A DNA stretch of 64,000 nt from an uncultured Thermoleophilaceae bacterium (GCA_963728495.1 CAVSKI010000006.1:104489-168488); one strand, 5' to 3'; shown: positions 1 through 9,227, counted from the first letter of the stretch. The notes: generated by a model not told the origin, from the sequence alone. Made by a program: numbers and translations.

Positions 1-131
1 GCTTGGTCGAACTGCAGGATGACCAGAGCGATCACGATCCAGAAGAAGCCGAGCACCAGCCACAGCCACCAGAACTTGCTCAGGCCGATGCCCACTTCCC
101 TCAGTTCATTTCCCTGCGCTGAAGCGTCCAT
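1..131 (-). CDS. 5' part of a small membrane protein (HdeD/DUF308-like), cut by the window edge
   Basis: ATG at 131 on the minus strand. Translation is MDASAQGNELREVGIGLSKFWWLWLVLGFFWIVIALVILQFDQ.., a W/L/F-rich helix as in DUF308 proteins. It is below the ORF-track length cutoff. Confidence 0.4.
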   Translation of the reverse strand, partial: MDASAQGNELREVGIGLSKFWWLWLVLGFFWIVIALVILQFDQ

Positions 132-180
132 GGCCGGTCCATTCGCCCTCTCGGGCTGAACGCCTGCGTCGTCGCGATGA

Positions 181-867
181 TCAGTCAAGCGGGCGCAGAT
201 CGGGCACGCCGCCTGTCCAGACCTCGTCGGGCGCGGGCGGCGGGTAGGTCCTGACGGCGTCGCGATCGTCGGCGCCGGCACGCCGCATGTGGCGATACCA
301 GCGCCCGTAGAGCGGCGCGGCCAGCACCGTGAGCGCGGTGAGCAGCGCCGAGCCGACCAGCAGCGAAAGGTGCGTAACCAGCGGACCCGTGTCGCCGGCC
401 GACCAGGCCGCAAGGCCCGCGAAGCCAACCCCCAGCGCCATCCCCGTGTAGTAGTCGAGCGGGAAGCGCCAGATCCACGGGACCTCGAACCACCAGACGT
501 TCCCGCGCTGAAAGCGCGCGACGGTGTACGCCGGGTTGAGCACGAACCAGATGTAGTCCCAGATCACGGCGAGGGCGAAGTAGGTGCCGACCACGAGGAG
601 CTCACCGGAGAGCGTCCACTCGACTCCGGACACGAACGGCAGGTGCAGCAGCAGCATCGGAATCGTGAAGGCGAACACGTGATAGCCGGTCAGCGGCCGT
701 CCTCCCATGACGAACCCGAACAGCCGTCCGAAGCGCCCGCGCTTGAACCACCAGGTCGGCAGCCGCTCGGCCCAGCCGTTCCCACCCTCGATCTCGATCT
801 CGATGCCCGCCAGGCCGAACGCATAGACCCAGAGAAGGAGCGTGCGGCCGATGTCGAGGTCGTCCAT
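181..867 (-). CDS. Integral membrane protein, unknown family
   Basis: 228-aa ORF with about 6 hydrophobic segments and Trp/Tyr-rich loops (WWFEVPWIWRFPLDYY). Its composition is unlike the overlapping shadow ORFs. Confidence 0.6.
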   Translation of the reverse strand: MDDLDIGRTLLLWVYAFGLAGIEIEIEGGNGWAERLPTWWFKRGRFGRLFGFVMGGRPLTGYHVFAFTIPMLLLHLPFVSGVEWTLSGELLVVGTYFALAVIWDYIWFVLNPAYTVARFQRGNVWWFEVPWIWRFPLDYYTGMALGVGFAGLAAWSAGDTGPLVTHLSLLVGSALLTALTVLAAPLYGRWYRHMRRAGADDRDAVRTYPPPAPDEVWTGGVPDLRPLD

Positions 868-916
868 GACCAGGGTTTCGCGCCCGCTGGGGCTTTGACC
901 TGCTTGCCGCTCGGGC

Positions 917-1594
917 CTATTGCTCCTCGAGCCAGCTCACCACGGGCGGCCACGCAGCGGACCTGGGATCCACGTGCTCCTCGTGCCCCACGCCGGGCAG
1001 CGCGATGAGCTCACAGGAGTCGCCGGCCGCGTGTGCTCGCTCGTGGTAGCCGCGGGCGATCGAGATCGGCACCACCTCGTCGGCCTCGCCGTGAACGAGC
1101 AGCTGTGGGAGGCCGAGCGGCAGGCGCTCGATCGGCGAGGCCAGGTCGTAGCGCTCGGGGTGCTTGCCCGGCGAGCCTGCGAGCAGGCGCCGGACCACGT
1201 CGCCCGACAGGTGAAGACGCAGGGCCTCGCGCAGGTCGACAACGCCGGCCTGGGCCACCGCGCCCGCCAACCGGATCCGCGGCTCGGCGCCGGGCGCTCC
1301 GGCCGGCAACCCACGCCGCGCGCCCGCCCAGAGGGCGAGCTGGCCGCCGGCCGAGTGGCCGATGGCGATGACCCGAGCGAGGTCGAGCGGCTCCTCCAAC
1401 CTTCCCAAGAGGTCGATGCCCGCAGCCACGTCCTCGAAGGTCGCCGGCCAGCCGCCACGGCTGCGCCAGCCGAGTCGCCGGTACTCGAGGTTCCACACGG
1501 CCCAACCCCGCTCTGCGAGGTCGGCGGCCAGCTCGTCCTCGAGGCGCAGCTTGTAGCGCGCCCGCCAGAATCCACCGTGGATCAAGACCGCCAC
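917..1594 (-). CDS. Alpha/beta hydrolase (esterase/arylformamidase-like)
   Basis: HGGFW oxyanion motif, nucleophile elbow GHSAGG, and C-terminal HGEAD..GVGH. The homology-like N-terminus (IAVRPYSYGSHRDQFGELTLPAGG) continues in frame up to about 1681, where only ATC or CTG are available as starts. Confidence 0.8.
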   Translation of the reverse strand: MAVLIHGGFWRARYKLRLEDELAADLAERGWAVWNLEYRRLGWRSRGGWPATFEDVAAGIDLLGRLEEPLDLARVIAIGHSAGGQLALWAGARRGLPAGAPGAEPRIRLAGAVAQAGVVDLREALRLHLSGDVVRRLLAGSPGKHPERYDLASPIERLPLGLPQLLVHGEADEVVPISIARGYHERAHAAGDSCELIALPGVGHEEHVDPRSAAWPPVVSWLEEQ

Positions 1595-1710
1595 CGGATA
1601 CGGCGCAGCACCACCGGCGGGCAGAGTCAGCTCGCCAAACTGGTCGCGATGAGAGCCGTAGGAGTACGGGCGAACGGCGATGTCCCGACGCTACACTCCG
1701 GCCTTCTCCC

Positions 1711-1782
1711 GGGCGCGTAGCTCAGTGGGAGAGCGCTCGCCTCACACGCGAGAGGTCGCTGGTTCGAGCCCAGCCGCGCCCA
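1711..1782 (+). tRNA. tRNA-Val (anticodon CAC)
   Basis: GGGCGCG acceptor stem pairing with CGCGCCC, D arm GCTC/GAGC, anticodon stem CTCGC/GCGAG with loop CTCACAC, T arm GCTGG-TTCGAGC-CCAGC, discriminator A. No CCA is encoded. Confidence 0.95.
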
Positions 1783-1784
1783 TC
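1739..1784 (+). repeat. Direct repeat copy 1 (attL-like), 46 bp, inside tRNA-Val
   Basis: GCCTCACACGCGAGAGGTCGCTGGTTCGAGCCCAGCCGCGCCCATC is identical to 7384-7429. Confidence 0.9.
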
Positions 1785-2166
1785 CAACGAACCGCTGCCA
1801 AATTGGACGTTTCCGACATGGCCGCCGGGAGCGGCCACGTCGCTCGGCGGGGACGACGGCACCGGCTGGTCGCCGGTCCGGCCCTCGCTAACCGCCGAGC
1901 GGGTCAGGCGGCGCCCGGGACGGGAGCGTCCTCGGCCCGCCCAGCTATCGCCAGCGGCAAAGGCGGTGCCCGCCACAGCACTTGGCTGCCGTGCGGCTGC
2001 CGATGCAGCGCCGCGCCGATCGGTGATGAGTGTTGACGGCGAGGGAGTCCCTCCCATTTGACGCTCATCCGATGAATGAGTGGCACCTGCACACCTTCTG
2101 GGGTAACTTAGCGCTGTAGAACCACTGCTAAGAGGGGCTTAGCGAGCGCATTCCTGAGGTTCAGTC

Positions 2167-2785
2167 GTGTCGGACGTACACACACAGAGGGTGACCGCGA
2201 CGACTCTCACGCGCGGACAGATGATGGCCCGGGGCGTGGTGACGGCCGGAACGCTGGCAGCGGGAGGGATCCTGATCGGCGGACTGCCAAAGCTCGCGGT
2301 ATCGCAGCCCTCACAGGCGCAGGACGCGCGCGTGCTGGAGTGGTTGCTGCAGGTGGAGTACCTCGAGGCCGGCTTCTACTCCGAAGCGGAGCGGCGAGGA
2401 GCGCTGAACGGCGAGCCGCGCGAGTTCGCGGCTCTGGTCGGAGAGCACGAGCGCGCGCACGTGGACGCCCTCGAGCGAGCGCTGGGGACCAAGGCAACGA
2501 ACAAGCCCACGTTCGATTTCGGGGACGCGGTCACCGACCCGCGCAGGTTCGTCGCAACAGCGATCGAGTTGGAGGAGATGGCGCTGGCGGCGTTCAACGG
2601 GCAGGTGCCGAACCTGACCGAGAAACGGCTGCTCATGGCCATGAAGGATGGCCTCGGTTGAGGCACGACACGTCGGCTGGGTGCGCGATCTCGCCGGTCG
2701 CAACCCGGCCCCGCGGCCCGCCGACGTGCCGGCGACGCAGGCTCAGACCGAGGCCGCGATGAAGGACACGGGGTTCCTGGAGTAG
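2167..2785 (+). pseudogene. Ferritin-like domain protein, apparent frameshift near 2640-2660
   Basis: The N-terminal part (LEWLLQVEYLEAGFYSEAE..EHERAHV) is in the frame of ORF 2167-2661. The family C-terminus SVEARHVGWVRDL..MKDTGFLE* continues in the +1 frame to the TAG at 2783-2785. Confidence 0.6.
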
Positions 2786-2816
2786 TCGACGACGTAAGGG
2801 GAGGGAGATCGAAACC

Positions 2817-3500
2817 ATGTCCGGCGTCACCCTTGAAGAGGTTGATGAAGATGGCGCCATCGTCGAGGCGCTTGAACAGCTCGCCGGGAACACACGCGCG
2901 GACTTCCTGCGTAAGGCCGTGGTCGGCGGCGCTGCCCTGACGGCCGCGCTCGAGGCTCCTGCGGTGGCCAAGCAGCGCAATACGGCCAATGACATCGCGA
3001 TCCTCCAGTTCGATCTCACGCTCGAGTACCTGCAGGCGGCGATGTACAGCGAAGCCGAGCGTCTCCGCCAGCTCAAGCCGCGGACGCTCGACTGGGCAAC
3101 GGTGGTGGGCGCCAACGAGCGCGGGCATGTGAAGGCCATCAGGGGGCTGTTGGGGCGGGACACTGTCAAGAGCCCAAAGTTCAACTTTCGCGGAGTGACC
3201 GAGGACGACCGTGTCTTCACGGAGACTGCGGTCGCCTTCGAGGATCTGACCGCGGCGCTGCTGAAGACCCAGGCGACCCAGGTGGACTCGCGTCGGGTGC
3301 TGGCAGCGCTCGTGTCGCTGCACTCCGTCGAAGCCCGCCACGCGGCCTGGATTCGTCACATCGCCGGAATCGTGCCCGCCGGCAAGGCCTTCGACCAGCC
3401 GACATCGAAGGCCAACGTGGTCAAGCTGGTCAACGCGACGAACTTCGTCACCACTGCGCCGAAGACCAAGGGAAGGCGGAAGCCCAGGTTCACGGGGTGA
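2817..3500 (+). CDS. Ferritin-like domain protein (paralog of the previous gene), intact
   Basis: ILQFDLTLEYLQAAMYSEAE, NERGHV and SVEARHAAWIRHIAG motifs. It has an N-terminal hydrophobic signal-like segment. Confidence 0.8.
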   Translation: MSGVTLEEVDEDGAIVEALEQLAGNTRADFLRKAVVGGAALTAALEAPAVAKQRNTANDIAILQFDLTLEYLQAAMYSEAERLRQLKPRTLDWATVVGANERGHVKAIRGLLGRDTVKSPKFNFRGVTEDDRVFTETAVAFEDLTAALLKTQATQVDSRRVLAALVSLHSVEARHAAWIRHIAGIVPAGKAFDQPTSKANVVKLVNATNFVTTAPKTKGRRKPRFTG

Positions 3501-3672
3501 GCCTCATGCCGTCAATGCACCACAGCGGGTTCGGCGCCGCGCTGGGGCTCGCGGGGTTGCTGATTGGCGCTGCGGTCGCAGTCGTGCTCGTCGGGGGATC
3601 GTCCGGACCGTCTTCGGCCGAGCCGGCTCTTCCCCCTCTCCCCCTTCTGCCCTCGCGCCGGAGAACGTTCCG

Positions 3673-4290
3673 TTGGGGCCCCAGCCCGTGGCCACGTGGG
3701 CTCCCGTGGTCAAGTCGACAGCAGTACTCCGGAGCCCGACCCGCCCCAAAGTCGTCGCCGAACTGCCGACGCGAACCCCAGAGGGCACGACGAACATCGT
3801 GCACATGCTTGGTGGGGCCGAGCGTAGGACCGGCCGGCTGTGGGTGCACGTCCGCGCGCCCGGTGAACGCCAGGACGTACGCGGCTGGGTCCCGCGCTTG
3901 GCGCTCGGCGGGTACACCGACGTCCGGACCCGGCTCGTGGTCGATCGCGCCCGACTCATCGCCACTTTGCTGCGAGACGAACGTCCGGTGTTCCGGGCTC
4001 GGGTGGTGATCGGCATGCCGTCCACGCCGACGCCGAGCGGCGACTTCTACGTCCGCAACCAGCTTCATAAGTACAGGAGCGCGTTCTACGGACCCGTCGC
4101 TTTCGGCACCAGTGCCAGGTCGAGCGGCGTCACCGACTGGCCCGCCGGTGGATTCGTCGGCATCCACGGCACCAACCGTGCGGATCTGATTCCCGGGCGG
4201 GTCTCGCACGGATGCATTCGCATGTCCAACCCCGACATCGTGCGCCTGGCTCGACTTATGCCCGTCGGGACGCCAATCAACGTACGCTGA
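3673..4290 (+). CDS. L,D-transpeptidase (YkuD domain)
   Basis: Catalytic motif IHGTNRADLIPGRVSHGCIRMSN. A signal-anchor N-terminus (MSLMPSMHHSGFGAALGLAGLLIGAAVAVVLVGG) starts at GTG 3497 in another frame, implying an indel around 3600-3672. Confidence 0.85.
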   Translation: MGPQPVATWAPVVKSTAVLRSPTRPKVVAELPTRTPEGTTNIVHMLGGAERRTGRLWVHVRAPGERQDVRGWVPRLALGGYTDVRTRLVVDRARLIATLLRDERPVFRARVVIGMPSTPTPSGDFYVRNQLHKYRSAFYGPVAFGTSARSSGVTDWPAGGFVGIHGTNRADLIPGRVSHGCIRMSNPDIVRLARLMPVGTPINVR

Positions 4291-5582
4291 TGACCCGCCA
4301 AGGCATCACAGCACCACTCGCGGCTCTAACGGTCGTGGGCGGGACGATCGCCGCCCCCTGCCCGCCCGCCTTAGCGCAGGACGGCAGAGAACGGGTGGGC
4401 GGCGATCGCGTCCAGCCGCCGACCGAGCTGCTGCGCGAGTACCCCTTTCGCCAGGGGCAACTGCACAGCAGAGAACGCTCGCGGCCGGGCCCGGCACAAG
4501 CGAAGAGGCGAGGCGGTGCCGCCCCGGCATCCGTCGGTGATTCATCGCCGGCCTCCGGGAGCGCCGCGTTGGTGATCGCCCTTGCCGTTTTGGCCGCGAC
4601 GGCGTTGCTCCTGGCGCTGTCGCCCGTGAGGAGGCGTGTCGCGCGGGCCGCCGCCGGGGCTAACCGGTCCCAGGCGGGGCAACCCGAGGCAGGGCAGGCG
4701 GATGAGCCGAGGCCAGATGCACCGGAGCCCCCTCAGGCGCCCCCACCCGAGCGGCAGTCCGGCGAGCCTTCGGTGCGGCCTAGCCGCTTTCGGCGACTCC
4801 AGCCGCTCGACGGGCCGGTCGGGAACGGATATGCGGTCGTAAATCAGAAGGGCGGCGTCGGCAAGACCACGGTCTCGCTCACGCTCGGAGCAGCGGCCGC
4901 CCGACGCGGAAGGAGGGTGCTGGTCGTGGACCTCGACCCGCAGGGGTCCGCCACAATGGTGCTCGCCGGAGGCGGAGACGGCCGCTCGACCGTTGCCGAC
5001 ATCATGCGGGAACCTCCTGCATGCTCACTGGGCGACACGATCCTCGCCACGGAGTGGGGGTTCGATTTGGCTCCGGCCGACCGGTCGCTGCGGAGGGCGG
5101 ACACCAGTCTCGCGATCCGTGATGAGCCCGTTCTCGCCGGAGAGCTCAGCACGGTCGGTGACTACGACCTGGTCCTGCTCGACTGCCCGCCCAGTCTGGG
5201 GGCCCTGACCATCGATGCGCTCACAGCAGTACCCCACGCTCTCGTGGTGACCGAGCCGACCTTCCTCGCGCTTCAAGCAATGGAAGAACTCCTCGACACG
5301 CTTCGTGATGTCGCCGCCATACGGAACCCCTCGCTCGAGCTCGCCGGGGTTGTTGTAAACCGCGTCGAGGCAACGGCGGAGCACAAGCGCAGCGTGGCCG
5401 AGCTCGAAGACGCCTTTGGCTCACAGGCGTGGCAACCGCACATCCCTAAGCGGGCGGCGCTTCAGGACGCGATGCGCTGCGGTATGCCGCCGCAAGACCT
5501 TAGGACCCACTACACAGGCGAGATCGTCGAGCTCTTCGATGCGCTCGCTCAGCAACTTCAGCCGACTCCGGCCCCGTTGTAG
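4290..5582 (+). CDS. ParA/MinD-family ATPase with N-terminal signal peptide, exo-segment and TM anchor
   Basis: The ATG overlaps the LDT stop (cTGATGa). Deviant Walker A is NQKGGVGKTT, followed by VVDLDPQGS and LLDCPPS. The N-terminus has MTRQGITAPLAALTVVGGTIAAPCPPALAQD, then TM AALVIALAVLAATALLLAL and a Pro-rich linker. Confidence 0.8.
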   Translation: MTRQGITAPLAALTVVGGTIAAPCPPALAQDGRERVGGDRVQPPTELLREYPFRQGQLHSRERSRPGPAQAKRRGGAAPASVGDSSPASGSAALVIALAVLAATALLLALSPVRRRVARAAAGANRSQAGQPEAGQADEPRPDAPEPPQAPPPERQSGEPSVRPSRFRRLQPLDGPVGNGYAVVNQKGGVGKTTVSLTLGAAAARRGRRVLVVDLDPQGSATMVLAGGGDGRSTVADIMREPPACSLGDTILATEWGFDLAPADRSLRRADTSLAIRDEPVLAGELSTVGDYDLVLLDCPPSLGALTIDALTAVPHALVVTEPTFLALQAMEELLDTLRDVAAIRNPSLELAGVVVNRVEATAEHKRSVAELEDAFGSQAWQPHIPKRAALQDAMRCGMPPQDLRTHYTGEIVELFDALAQQLQPTPAPL

Positions 5583-5927
5583 TCCTTGCTCAACGGTCGC
5601 CCGCAGTCGCGTCGACACGCTGACGGCCGCTTCGACGTTTCGTCCCACCAACCGGCGGCGTAGATCCGAAGCGCCAGCTTGGCGGGCCTTTGGTGCTGAC
5701 ATCGCATCGGACCACTAGGAGCAGCTGCTTGGAAGTGCCCGCCGCTGCTGCCTCGCGCGATCTTCTGCATGCGACGGTCAACCCACCCAGCGCTCCTGCC
5801 GATTCTCCGGAGCGAGCGTGTGCCGGCAGTCGCTACGGACGCCCGCACCCGTCCGACACCGGGAGCGGCCGAGTGTCCAGTTAGGCGGATCGTCAAATGA
5901 CGCGGATGCCGGGTTGAGGAGCAGTCC

Positions 5928-6311
5928 TCATGCAACGCCGGCGACGCCTATCAGGGTGCCTTCGGGGTCCGTGAAGTGACCGATGACAAGGCCGTTCGGT
6001 GATGTCGCCGGACCCATCACTCGGATGCCACCGAGGCTCTCGGCTCGCTGCAATGCAGCCTCGACATCCGCGACGCCTACGTAGAAGACAGCGTGACTCT
6101 CGTAGCTCAGTCCGCCGCCGACCCCACCGCGGATGCCTGTTCCGTCCTGAGAAGTGATGAGGTCCAGGAACCCATAGCTCTCCGGCTGGGATACCTCTTG
6201 CGCCACAGGCGAGGGCGTGTCGAACTCCCACCCGAACAGGTCGCCGTAGTAGCTACGGAGCTTCTCCGGATCGTTGCCAATGATCTCGAAGTGCACCACA
6301 GGTTGTCCCAT
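5928..6311 (-). CDS. VOC (glyoxalase/bleomycin-resistance fold) family protein
   Basis: 127 aa beginning MGQPVVHFEIIGNDPEKLRSYYGDLFGWEF, which is typical of small VOC proteins. Confidence 0.85.
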   Translation of the reverse strand: MGQPVVHFEIIGNDPEKLRSYYGDLFGWEFDTPSPVAQEVSQPESYGFLDLITSQDGTGIRGGVGGGLSYESHAVFYVGVADVEAALQRAESLGGIRVMGPATSPNGLVIGHFTDPEGTLIGVAGVA

Positions 6312-6589
6312 GCTCAGTCCTCCTCGCCGATTGCGTCGCGACAGTACCGACTGGCCGATCGCGGAATCTAATCGCGGCGCGGAACGTTCAACGCGCCGGG
6401 GCGCTACGTCCCGGACTCCGCCCGCAAGACGATCGGCGTGCGTGCGGGTTCTCGTTCGGCGGTGTGGGCGCCCCGGGACCGTGACGGCCAGAAGCAGGTC
6501 CTACTTCCGGCTGTCGAGAATGCGGCGCTGGCTCCGTCCTAGGTACACCAGTGGCCACGATAGCCGCGCAATGAAGAAGGAGAACCACC

Positions 6590-6868
6590 ATGACGATTCA
6601 GCGGATGGACCACGTGAGCGTCGTCGTCGACGACCTCGAGGCTGCTATCGCGTTCTTTGTCGAACTCGGTATGGAGCTGGAGGGCGAGGCGCCGATCGAG
6701 GGACCTTGGTTGACCCTGTCAACGGGCTCGACGGCGTCCGAGTCCACATCGCGATGATGCGGACCCCGGACGGCCATGGCGGGCTTGAGCTGACGAAGTT
6801 CCATACCCCCCCCGACGGCGGTCAGCACCGAGCCTGAAAACGCACTGGGGAACACGCTCGGCCTACGT
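6590..6868 (+). pseudogene. VOC-family gene fragment with two frame breaks, 3' half deleted
   Basis: AAGGAG SD followed by ATG 6590. Reads MTIQRMDHVSVVVDDLEAAIAFFVELGMELEGEAPIEGPW, shifts near 6705-6712 to VDPVNGLDGVRVHIAMMRTPDGHGGLELTKFHTPP, then shifts at the C8 run 6806-6813 to TAVSTEPENALGNTLGLR. Confidence 0.7.
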
Positions 6869-7342
6869 AGCTACTCCGGCGACGTCGACCTCGCCGCCGA
6901 GGCGATCCGGCTCACCCGCCAACTGGCGACCAAGACCAACCGGGAGGAGGTGGCGGGCCTGCTTGCGCTCATGCTGCTCCACCACGCGCGGCGCCCGGCA
7001 CGGACCCGCGCCGACGCACACACGGCCGAGGAGACCGACTGGGTGCAGATCGTCGAGTGGTACGACGAACTGCTGCGGCTCACCGACAACCCGGTAGCCG
7101 GCCTCAACCGCGCCGTCGCGGTCGGCGAGGCCGACGGCCCACGGGCCGGACTGGCCGCCCTGGCGGAGCTCGACCCCTCCCTGCCCCGCCATGCCGCCGC
7201 CGCGTACCTACACGAGCGTGACGGTGACCCAGTCACCGCAGCACGGCTCTACGCCGAAGCCGCCCTATCAGCACCCAATCTCCCCGAACGCGACCACCTC
7301 ACGCGACAGGCCGCACGGCTCAACGCGCACCTGCGCAGTTGA
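6869..7342 (+). pseudogene. C-terminal remnant of an ECF-type sigma factor with a DUF6596-like tail, fused in frame to the VOC fragment
   Basis: YSGDVDLAAEAIRLTRQLA..LLALMLLHHARRPAR..TDWVQIVEWYDELLRLTDNPVAGLNRAVAV resembles the C-terminal extension of SigJ-like sigma factors. Regions 2 and 4 are absent, and an internal stretch appears to be deleted. Confidence 0.55.
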
Positions 7343-7383
7343 GCCGTGGGCGGCAGGCATACATCAGACCTCGTCCCCATCCT

Positions 7384-7429
7384 GCCTCACACGCGAGAGG
7401 TCGCTGGTTCGAGCCCAGCCGCGCCCATC
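7384..7429 (+). repeat. Direct repeat copy 2 (attR-like): orphan 3' half of tRNA-Val
   Basis: Exact 46-bp match to 1739-1784. No 5' half of a tRNA lies upstream. Confidence 0.9.
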
Positions 7430-7482
7430 GGAGGAAGCCCTGCTACGTCTCGGCGTCCGCGACCTCGACCCGGGCTGGCACG

Positions 7483-9135
7483 ATGGCAAAATCCGGGACG
7501 GTGGACGTCGGGTCGGACATCGAACGAGCCCGGGAGCTCTGCGCGGCGCAGGACTGGGCGGCCGCTTACTCTTGCCTGTCGGCGATAGATCCGGTGCTGT
7601 TGAGCGCGAGTGACCTCGAGTTGCTGGCGGGCTCGGCATACATGCTGGGTCGCGACGACGACTACGTCGATGCGTGGGAGCTCGCCTATCAGTCCCACCT
7701 GACGGCCGGAGACACAGCGCGCGCCGCGCTCTGTACTTGGCGGATCGGCGACTACCTGCGGTTCCGCGGGGAAAGCGCGCGCGCGACCGGGTGGTTCGCG
7801 CGCGGGGATTCCCTTCTCGACCAGGTGGGAGAAGACTGCGTCGCCCGCGGCTTTCTGCTACTGCCAACCCTTCACGACTTCGTGTCGGTCCACGATCACG
7901 AAGCCGCGTTCGCCGTGGCAGAGGAGGCCGGCGAGATCGGCACGCGCTTCGCCGACCGAGACTTGACCGCGCTCGCCATGATGGAAAAGGGCCACGCGCT
8001 GGTGAGACAGGGCCGCGCTTCCGAGGGACTACGGCTAGTGGACGAAACGATGGTGGCGGTCACCACCGAGGAGCCATCGCCGGTCATCGCCGGCGTCGTC
8101 TACTGCAACACGATCGCGTTCTGCCAGGCCGTGTTCGAGCTCGGCCGTGCACAGGCATGGACGGAAGCCCACACGTCGTGGTGCGAACGCCAGTCCGACA
8201 TGCGGGCGTACATGGGCGCTTGCCTCGTGCACCGTGCCGAGATCATGACCCTGGCCGGGAACTGGTCGGCTGCGATGGCGGAGGTTCGCCGCGCCGAGGG
8301 TTTCACACAGGGCGTGCTGAACGAGCGGGTCGCCGGGGAGGCGGCGTACATGCGTGGCGAGGTCCACCTCCTCCGGGGTGAGCTCGATTCCGCCGAAGAG
8401 GCCTACCGCGAGGCGAGTCGCCGCGGGCGCGAACCGCAGCCAGGGCTGGCGCTATTGCGGCTCGCGCAGGGCGAGGGTGAGGCGGCGGCGGCTTCGATGC
8501 GCCGTGCGCTCGGCGAGGCCAGTCAGCCGTTGAGGCGCGCGGCCCTGTTGCCCGCCTACGTCGAGATCATGCTCGCCGTCGACGACCTCGAGGAGGCGCT
8601 CGCCGGCTGCCGCGACCTCGAGGATGTCGCCGAGCGTCAGGGCAGCCGCGCACTCGCCGCGATGGCGGACTACGCCCGTGGCGCGGTCGACCTGGCGGAT
8701 GGGAACGCTCGCGCCGCCCTGGTTGCGCTGCGCCAAGCCTGCCGGGCATGGCAGGAGCTCGGCGTGCCTCGCGAGATCGCACGTACCCGTCTGTTGGTGG
8801 GGCAGGCGTGCGCGGCACTGGGCGACCCTGACACCGCTGCCATGGAGCTGGAGGCGGCACGGGACACGTTCGAGAAGCTGGGGGCGACGCCGGAGCTCAC
8901 GCGGGTCGCGTCGCTCGGAAACGACCGAGGGGATCAGGATGTCTATGGGCTGACGACGCGCGAGCTCCAGATCCTGCGCGTACTCGCCACCGGCAAGAGC
9001 AATCGCGAGATCGCGGCCGCCCTGGTGATCAGCGACCACACCGTGCGCCGCCACCTCCAGAACATCTTCGTCAAGCTCGGCGTGTCCTCACGCGCCGCCG
9101 CCACGGCCTTCGCCTACCGGCACGACCTCACCTGA
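7483..9135 (+). CDS. LuxR-family transcriptional regulator with helical-repeat (TPR-like) sensor region
   Basis: C-terminal Ger[52 protein letters not shown] 7483 (MAKSGTV) is chosen because the upstream part of ORF 7339 reads through the tRNA-derived repeat. Confidence 0.85.
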   Translation: MAKSGTVDVGSDIERARELCAAQDWAAAYSCLSAIDPVLLSASDLELLAGSAYMLGRDDDYVDAWELAYQSHLTAGDTARAALCTWRIGDYLRFRGESARATGWFARGDSLLDQVGEDCVARGFLLLPTLHDFVSVHDHEAAFAVAEEAGEIGTRFADRDLTALAMMEKGHALVRQGRASEGLRLVDETMVAVTTEEPSPVIAGVVYCNTIAFCQAVFELGRAQAWTEAHTSWCERQSDMRAYMGACLVHRAEIMTLAGNWSAAMAEVRRAEGFTQGVLNERVAGEAAYMRGEVHLLRGELDSAEEAYREASRRGREPQPGLALLRLAQGEGEAAAASMRRALGEASQPLRRAALLPAYVEIMLAVDDLEEALAGCRDLEDVAERQGSRALAAMADYARGAVDLADGNARAALVALRQACRAWQELGVPREIARTRLLVGQACAALGDPDTAAMELEAARDTFEKLGATPELTRVASLGNDRGDQDVYGLTTRELQILRVLATGKSNREIAAALVISDHTVRRHLQNIFVKLGVSSRAAATAFAYRHDLT

Positions 9136-9155
9136 ACTGGTACGAACGGACCAGT
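9136..9155. promoter_or_regulatory. Imperfect palindrome ACTGGT-N8-ACCAGT, candidate operator or hairpin
   Basis: ACTGGTACGAACGGACCAGT lies 1 nt after the LuxR stop and 73 nt upstream of the monooxygenase gene. 8 of 10 positions are symmetric. Confidence 0.3.
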
Positions 9156-9227
9156 CGCCGTCTGCCGGAATTTGGCACGAGTGTGCGATGAAGCAGGCGC
9201 CCCCTGCGCACTAGCTTCGCCGGCAAC

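Larger units (their letters stand above)
1785..7429. mobile_element. Putative degenerate tRNA-Val-integrated element (no integrase left)
   Basis: Bounded by the exact 46-bp duplicate of the tRNA 3' half. The interior holds several frame-disrupted or truncated genes and a ParA-like ATPase. No recombinase ORF is found in any frame. Confidence 0.45.

Noticed and set aside
1785-2166. Integrase remnant next to tRNA-Val
   Set aside because: I read all six frames of the 380-nt gap. They give only low-complexity Arg/Ala/Gly strings, with no R..HxxR..Y-type recombinase fragments that I can recognise.
2167-3500. Twin-arginine (Tat) signals on the ferritin-like paralogs
   Set aside because: The N-termini are hydrophobic, but the motifs (TRGQMMARG, TRADFLRK) lack a true RR pair, so export by Tat is not supported by the sequence alone.
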